Part shown: piece by piece, positions 58,223-64,000 of the stretch
Position numbering within the stretch: the stretch's first letter is position 1
Layout: the number at the start of each line of letters is the position of its first letter
DNA from: Carpediemonas membranifera BICM
Taxonomy: Eukaryota; Protista; Fornicata
Assembly: GCA_019828565.1 (NCBI GenBank)
Contig: JAHDYR010000045.1
Location: forward strand, 1-64,000
DNA: 64,000 nt
Direction of reading: 5' to 3'
Notes under the pieces: model-generated
The model's input: only the letters and a program-made list of their open reading frames with translations
The model's database searches: none
Told to the model about the DNA's origin: nothing
Translations under genes and position numbers: made by a program

Positions 58223-60416
58223 ATGTTCAGCAATATCAGCACCAGCAATTTCCCTAAGCTCCGCGAGCTCACCCGCTCCGGGGTGAAAGCCTATCGCCAA
58301 GAAGTTGACAGACTGAAAGTCTTCTTCCCCAATGCGAACTACCGAGTCTTCCTTGATGAGACGTATATTGACGCCGTTGAGAGACAGACTGACGCAAAAA
58401 TCCAAGACCTCTCTGATGACCAGGTCTCCGAAGCCCTCGACGCTCTTGTTGCTCCCCGCAACGCCGACGAGTGGGTCAGAGAACTCCAGCACACTCGCTG
58501 CACCATGCCCACGCTCGCTCCGCCCAAAGTCACTCGTCGAGGCACCGTCCGTTTATTTGCCACGCAATTCCGCGCCGTCTACGCCTCCCGCACTGAGGTA
58601 GATTTCCCCGATGAGGAACAACCGGAGGAGGACGACACCGATGACGATGACGACGAGAAGGTCGACAAGCCTGAGAAGAAGGCCGCCAAGATCTTCATCA
58701 GCAACCTGCGCCCGTACCCCCTACAACGCGCCGTACGCCTGAAGACCGAATTAGCGGTCGCCACCACCCTCTCGCTCGAAGACACCATCACTCTCGCCCT
58801 CGAGGCCGCCGATGAAGAAGACGAGCTTGCCCAGACTGCCCTGATCAAGGGCTACGAGCTCGTTCCCATCAAGCAGAAGAAGGACGCGGACAACGACGAT
58901 GAGGCCCCTTCCAAGCCTAAGAAGCCTGCTGTCAAGAAGAACACCGCACCCCCAGCCCGAGCAAACGACGTCAATCCGGGCAACCGCGCCCCTCCTGCTC
59001 CCTGTGAGAAGTGCGGTGACAACCACTGGAATTCCGAGTGTCCGACTGCCGAGAAGCCTGCCTTCAAACCCAAGTTCACGCGTGACAACGGCCGTCTGCG
59101 CCCCAATCCTCCCCGTAAGGAGCGTGTAGACACAGTCGACGCGCACACCCCCCAGCAGGGCCCGCTCACCCTGAACGGCCATATAAATGGCCTGGAGTAT
59201 CCGATTGTTATTGATACGGGGGCGGGAGTCACATGCGTTTCGAGTGGTTTAGCAGAGCATTTATACCAACGCACGAGCTGCGAAGTCGTCACAGGCAGAA
59301 AGACCTCCGCAGCTGTCGCAACCGGCGACTCATTCACTAGCGACAGATACCTCCGAGTTACCGTTGCCCTGCCCAGGCCCGCGGGCTACGACACTGAGAT
59401 CTCGCTACTGGCCCTCATTATTCCAGGAGATGTGCCAAAGTTCCTATTAGGAACGGACGTACTCCGCAGACTTGGGATCCTCACCGAAGATTCCCTGAGC
59501 CTGTCGTTCCCATCCGATACCGCTGTTTCAGCCGACGACGATGACGATATAGCCGTCGACAACGTTGCACCCTGAGGATATGAAGCAGTAACAGTCCCGG
59601 AGCTCAAGGAGGACATTCTGCCCCTTCTCCGAGAGCATTCACAAGTATTCGAGCCTGAGCTGCCCTCAGAAGGTTCCAAGCTCGATCCTCTCCACATCAG
59701 GCTCACGGATGACGTCCTCATACAGGCGAAGCCACGCCCTATCGCTGATCCAGCTCTCAGAGCGCAAGTACATGCTGAAATCCAGCGCTGGCGCTCGCAA
59801 GGTATCGTTCGAGACTCCGAAGGCCCTTTCTCTGCCCCCCATCGTGATCGTTAAGCACGGCCACAAGTCTGGGAAGATCCGCGTGTGCGTTGACTACACC
59901 CGAATCAATGCGTACATCCAGGATGATCATTTCCCCCTCCCCGACTTACGACTGTTTGCCAGGGAGGCGGCCGGCGCTCAGTATTTCGCCTCGTTAGACC
60001 TGCGCTCAGGTTATCACCAGATGCGAGTCCACCCTGATGATATCGCACTCACAGCAACTGTCACCCCGGACGACTACGTGGAATTCTGCCGCGTACCCTT
60101 CGGAATCAAAACAGCCCCCGCGGCCTTCCAGCGAGCTATGCAGAAAGTCCTCGCACCCGTACTCCACCGAGGCGCGGCGGTTTACATCGACGACATACTG
60201 CTATATGGCCGCACAAAGGCTGAATTCCTCGCTTGTCTCCAAAAGACACTACAACTCCTCAAGGACGCGAACCTACGCCTCAGCGCCGAGAAGTGCACGA
60301 TCGGCAGCCGATCCGTCAAGGTCGTGGGCTTCATCCTCTCCGCTGACGGCATCCGCATCGACCCGGACAGGATCGCCGCCCTCAAGGAGCTCACGGTCCC
60401 CCATGTGCCTCGCTAA
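58223..60416 (+). mobile_element. Ty3/gypsy gag-protease-RT, 3'-truncated, with a stop and a frameshift
   Basis: CEKCGDNHWNSEC, IDTGA, RVCVDY, LDLRSGYHQ, PFGIKTAP, YIDD. Confidence 0.9.
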
Positions 60417-61252
60417 TGCGGAGAATGCTTTTATAGGGAAAGAAGAAGAGAAAACCCTTGTGCCAATAAATGGCTTAAACTGTATAAATGATTAGTGTGG
60501 TCTATGACCACCACACTGCCCCTCCATGCCTGGGTAATAGGCATGACACTCAACGAGTTACGGGGGTTAGGTTGGCCTAGGGTCATCCGTGTTATAGTTT
60601 GGTGCCACCCAAGCTATGCAACGGTCTACTCCATTGGCAGTGGAGTGGGCAACGCCCGACCCGCGGTCTTCCGATACGGAATTATGGTATCACCAACGGT
60701 GACATGGGAATAAAACCCGACAGCTGTATATGATAACGTGGATCCACTGTGTAAGCAATTGCTATGTTACGTGTTAAGATGGTCTTACCAGGGCTTCGCC
60801 GCCCTCATGAACCGCATATAGGGTCCGAACTTACCGACGTCAATGACAGTCAAACGGACGGCTAGGGTTCGCCCGTATTCATAGAGGCTTATCCCTGCCC
60901 CTCCACGGCCTCATATGGCCGTGTCTCGAAAAATATTACGTGTTACGCATGCTTCTAAGTAATTCGAGGGTTGATCTCGGCGTCTAGAAGAATAAGAAGA
61001 AGTACTGTACCATTGGCGCTGAAACTTACGCAGACGCCGAAAAAGGCATTAAGAGGCTCCAAAAGGCCTTCGTTGGCGAGTTTTGGGCCTTTCATTTTTC
61101 CTGGCGCGCTCGTACTTCATTAACAACATCAATCGGCTTCCGATGGAGCTAATAGGCTACAGCGCTTAGTAAATAGATGAATTAGCTTGATTTGGCGTCC
61201 TATTACTGCTCTAGGTTTCGTCCTGAAACCGATTGTTCCAAAAGTGCAGAAT

Positions 61253-62334
61253 ATGTCGCCGTCAACTCAGTTGATGTCGGACAACGCCGCCGTAGAAGTA
61301 ATTCTGGATACTATTCGCGCTAAAATCGCCGAAATTGGTGACGAGGAACTCACTAAGCCTCTTGTTTCCGCTCATTCCGCCGTCTGTCGTTCTCTTCGTG
61401 CTCAGACCCGTACGCAACGCAAGCGTTTGGCCACCGGGAACTTGTAAGTAACCAATATCAACAGAATACTCATTCAGACACCGTGTGCAGGCCGCGGAGC
61501 GGGATCACTCGCCCGACAACCGCATCCCACCAGCTACCTCGCGACATACGAGCGGAGGTCACTCGGCGCCTAGCCGGCTACACCAACTCCGTCGAGATGC
61601 CTCTTCAGCGCATCTTCGACGCAATCGAGCAAGGACACCTTCATCAGGCTTCGGTGTACATGGATGTAGTGAAGTGTCGGCAGGTACTCGGCCTCGTGGC
61701 TTTCTGTCAGTTCGCTCTCGCTGGCGTGGTGTCTCACCTTAAGATCCGTCTGCGCCCGACCCTCACTGACGGGGACATCGTGTCGGCCGCCCTTCAGAGT
61801 GGCGATATCAGCCTGACTGGCAATGGGCGTTACTCAGCTGGGCTCGTGGCCGCAGTGCGCGCTGCTGCTAATGTCGGATCTGATACCACGGCTCGTGGTT
61901 ACCTCAACCGGCTCATGATCCTCGTCTTTTCGCCGGACTACTTCAGGGTAGCGCTCTTTGGCATCAGCCGCGGTATCGGTGCACCCATCGCTTTCTGGGC
62001 GATGCTGGTCGACGAGCTGTGCCGCGATGGTCACCTGCCTGCCATCGGGGACGAGATCCATTGGGAGCCTCTCCAGGTCTCTGACCCGGACCGTTACTAC
62101 ACGGTGACGTGTGTTGTCCGCCATGAGTTCCTGAAAACGACTCGTGGACCTGGGACCTTCGCTCTCATACTCCAGTATGAGGGTTACTCAGGCCTCAGCA
62201 TCGTCTGGCTGAACGCCGATCTCTGTCTCGTCCGTTGTGTGCGCGACTATCTTGCTGAGCACGATCTTGAGCGCCACGCTGACGCGTCTTGGTTGGTCGA
62301 GCTGACCGATACCGAGGAGTCGGACGACGAATAA
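61253..62334 (+). CDS. Cluster-related protein with C-terminal chromodomain-like region; 47-nt intron at 61444..61490
   Basis: A GTAAGT...GCAG intron joins two ORFs in frame. YTVTCVVRH...LQYEGYSGLSIVWL...VRDYL is chromodomain-like. The 5' end is homologous to 28528..28613. Confidence 0.65.
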
Positions 62335-62376
62335 ATCTGATGACTTGACGCTGGAGCGATTAGATGTGGTGAAGAT

Positions 62377-63999
62377 TTATAGACCGTCCAGTTTGGCTTG
62401 GTCAGACTTCAAATATATATCTAATGCTTCCAGGTCCTTGACGGAGTCCCAATCCTGCCATGTCGCCTCCTCGTCCTCGAAACCAGACCAGTGAACGCGG
62501 TATTCGCGTTTGGTTCGTGTTCCGTTCCCTCGCGATTTGGAAATACGGTCCACTTCCCACTCATCGTTCGCCGTGGCGGCCAAGTCCTTGATCTCTCGCT
62601 CGGATAGATTGCCAGAGTTAAATCTGCGTACGCGCGGGGCGTCGACCTTCAATATCTTGCCTTGGCTTCCCTGGTTGAGGTCCTGAACTTCATAGGCGAC
62701 CGTCACGCCATCTTGCTTAACCGCACTGACCCGTCGCATGGGCCCTCGCCATCCTGGCATCAGCTTGTTGGGAGGTCTGGCTGGGTACTTGACCAACACG
62801 AACCGGCACAGTAACTCCTGACGTGACGATGCGGCGTTTGCGAGAGCGTCCTCTCTCATTGCCTGAATTCTAGCCTTCGCTAGCTGGATGGCTTGGCCAG
62901 CCGCCGCGCGTCTGTCCTGTATTCTGGCGCTAGTCGAGTGGGTGCAGATGATGATCTCGTTCGGGATCCTGATGTTGACACCTAGTATGATCTCGGATGG
63001 TGAGAGGTGAGTGGGTATCCTGGGCGTCGAATTGACGATAAATTGTGCGACAGGTAAGTGCTTGACCCAGTCCGCGTCCCGGAAATGGAACTTTCTGGCC
63101 TTCAAGATTTTGAGAACTCCACTGTTGGCCCGTTCGACGATGCCATTAGATTGCGGGTGATGTGGAGTCGTAACATGGGTGTGGAAACCCATCTCGTCGG
63201 CCAGGGACTTCATGAGCTGATTGTTAAACTCGGGCCCGCCGTCAGTCTGTAAGACCTCGGGGCAGCCATAGCGTAAGACCCAGTTATTAACGAACGCCGT
63301 AACTGCGGCTTGCGCAGTCGTACCTGTAACTGGAACCAACTCGGTCCACCTACTACACATATCTATGATGACGGAGATGTGCGTGAACCCCTGCGACTTG
63401 GGGAACGGACCTAAGGTGTCGATGGCTACTCGCTTAAACGGTTCATCAACGGCGGTATGCAGACCATCCGGTGTATCGACGTGGGGTCTCTCGAGGACTT
63501 GGCACACCGGGCAAGTTGCAATCACCTGGTCGACTGCGGCTCTCGACACCGACAACCCTTCGGCTCTAAGCTTCTCGGTCGTTAGTCGTCGAGATAGATG
63601 GGCGCCGGCGGTGGTGTGTGCTTCTTCAATCTCATCGGTCGTAGCTTTGCGAGTGAACATAGTAAACACACGGGACAGACCATCTGCGGCTCCATTGTCC
63701 AGGCCGGCGACGTGCTTAATCTCAAAGTCCAAGTCGGAAATGGCATCGGCCCACCTCCTGACTTTCGGGTTGATGCTACGGTACATGAAGGTAAGGTTTC
63801 GGTGGTCAGTGAGTATGGAGAAAGGTCCCCAGGCAAGGAACTTGCGCCAGCGCTGCAAGGCCGCCACAATGGCGTACGCCTCCTTCTCAATCGTTGACCA
63901 ACGAGACTGTGTGGCGTTGAAGGCCTTCGACATGTAACAGACAGGCTTGCCCTCTTGCAATAGGACTGCGCCGTACCCCACTCCCGAGGCGTCGGTCAT
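62377..63999 (-). mobile_element. Ty3/gypsy pol (RNase H, integrase, chromodomain), open frame running off the window
   Basis: TDASGVG, EKEAYA, TDH, CPVC, TDGG, NGIVERAN, YRVHWSGFEDEEATW. Confidence 0.95.
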
Positions 64000-64000
64000 T

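Overview
This window is eukaryotic nuclear DNA from a compact-genome, probably flagellated protist: it has 28-59 nt GT-AG introns, ARF1, a TBC GAP, a GARP-Myb factor and a ciliary GNWYED-type gene, and is very rich in mobile DNA. All domain calls are by eye from motifs; no searches were run. (1) About 0.3-35 kb, plus an outlier at 61-62 kb, holds a cluster of spliced, mutually paralogous genes with chromatin or RNA-silencing themes. It contains two intact and one decayed SET genes, three genes with a C-terminal chromodomain, a divergent histone H3 with Phe at the K27 position, an OTU protease, a Swt1-like HEPN protein, a PIWI C-terminal fragment, a KGGK histone-tail mimic and several CxxCG zinc-finger ORFs. 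(2) An endogenous CRESS-DNA virus (8.1-11.2 kb) has an intact Rep, a TAATATTAC origin, a PLA2-like ORF and a truncated Arg-rich capsid. (3) An 11.5-kb APE-RT non-LTR retrotransposon (11512-23036, 14-bp TSD) carries an extra DEDDh exonuclease of the Maelstrom/arenavirus-NP type. It also contains a nested 760-bp retroposed insert (18-bp TSD) that shares a ~500-nt structured 3' RNA with it. (4) There are several chromodomain-bearing Ty3/gypsy elements; one is complete, with 92-bp LTRs, and two LTRs are followed by a palindrome instead of a tRNA primer-binding site. (5) Ordinary host genes occur, some in local duplications. Many frameshifts sit in homopolymer runs and may be assembly errors.
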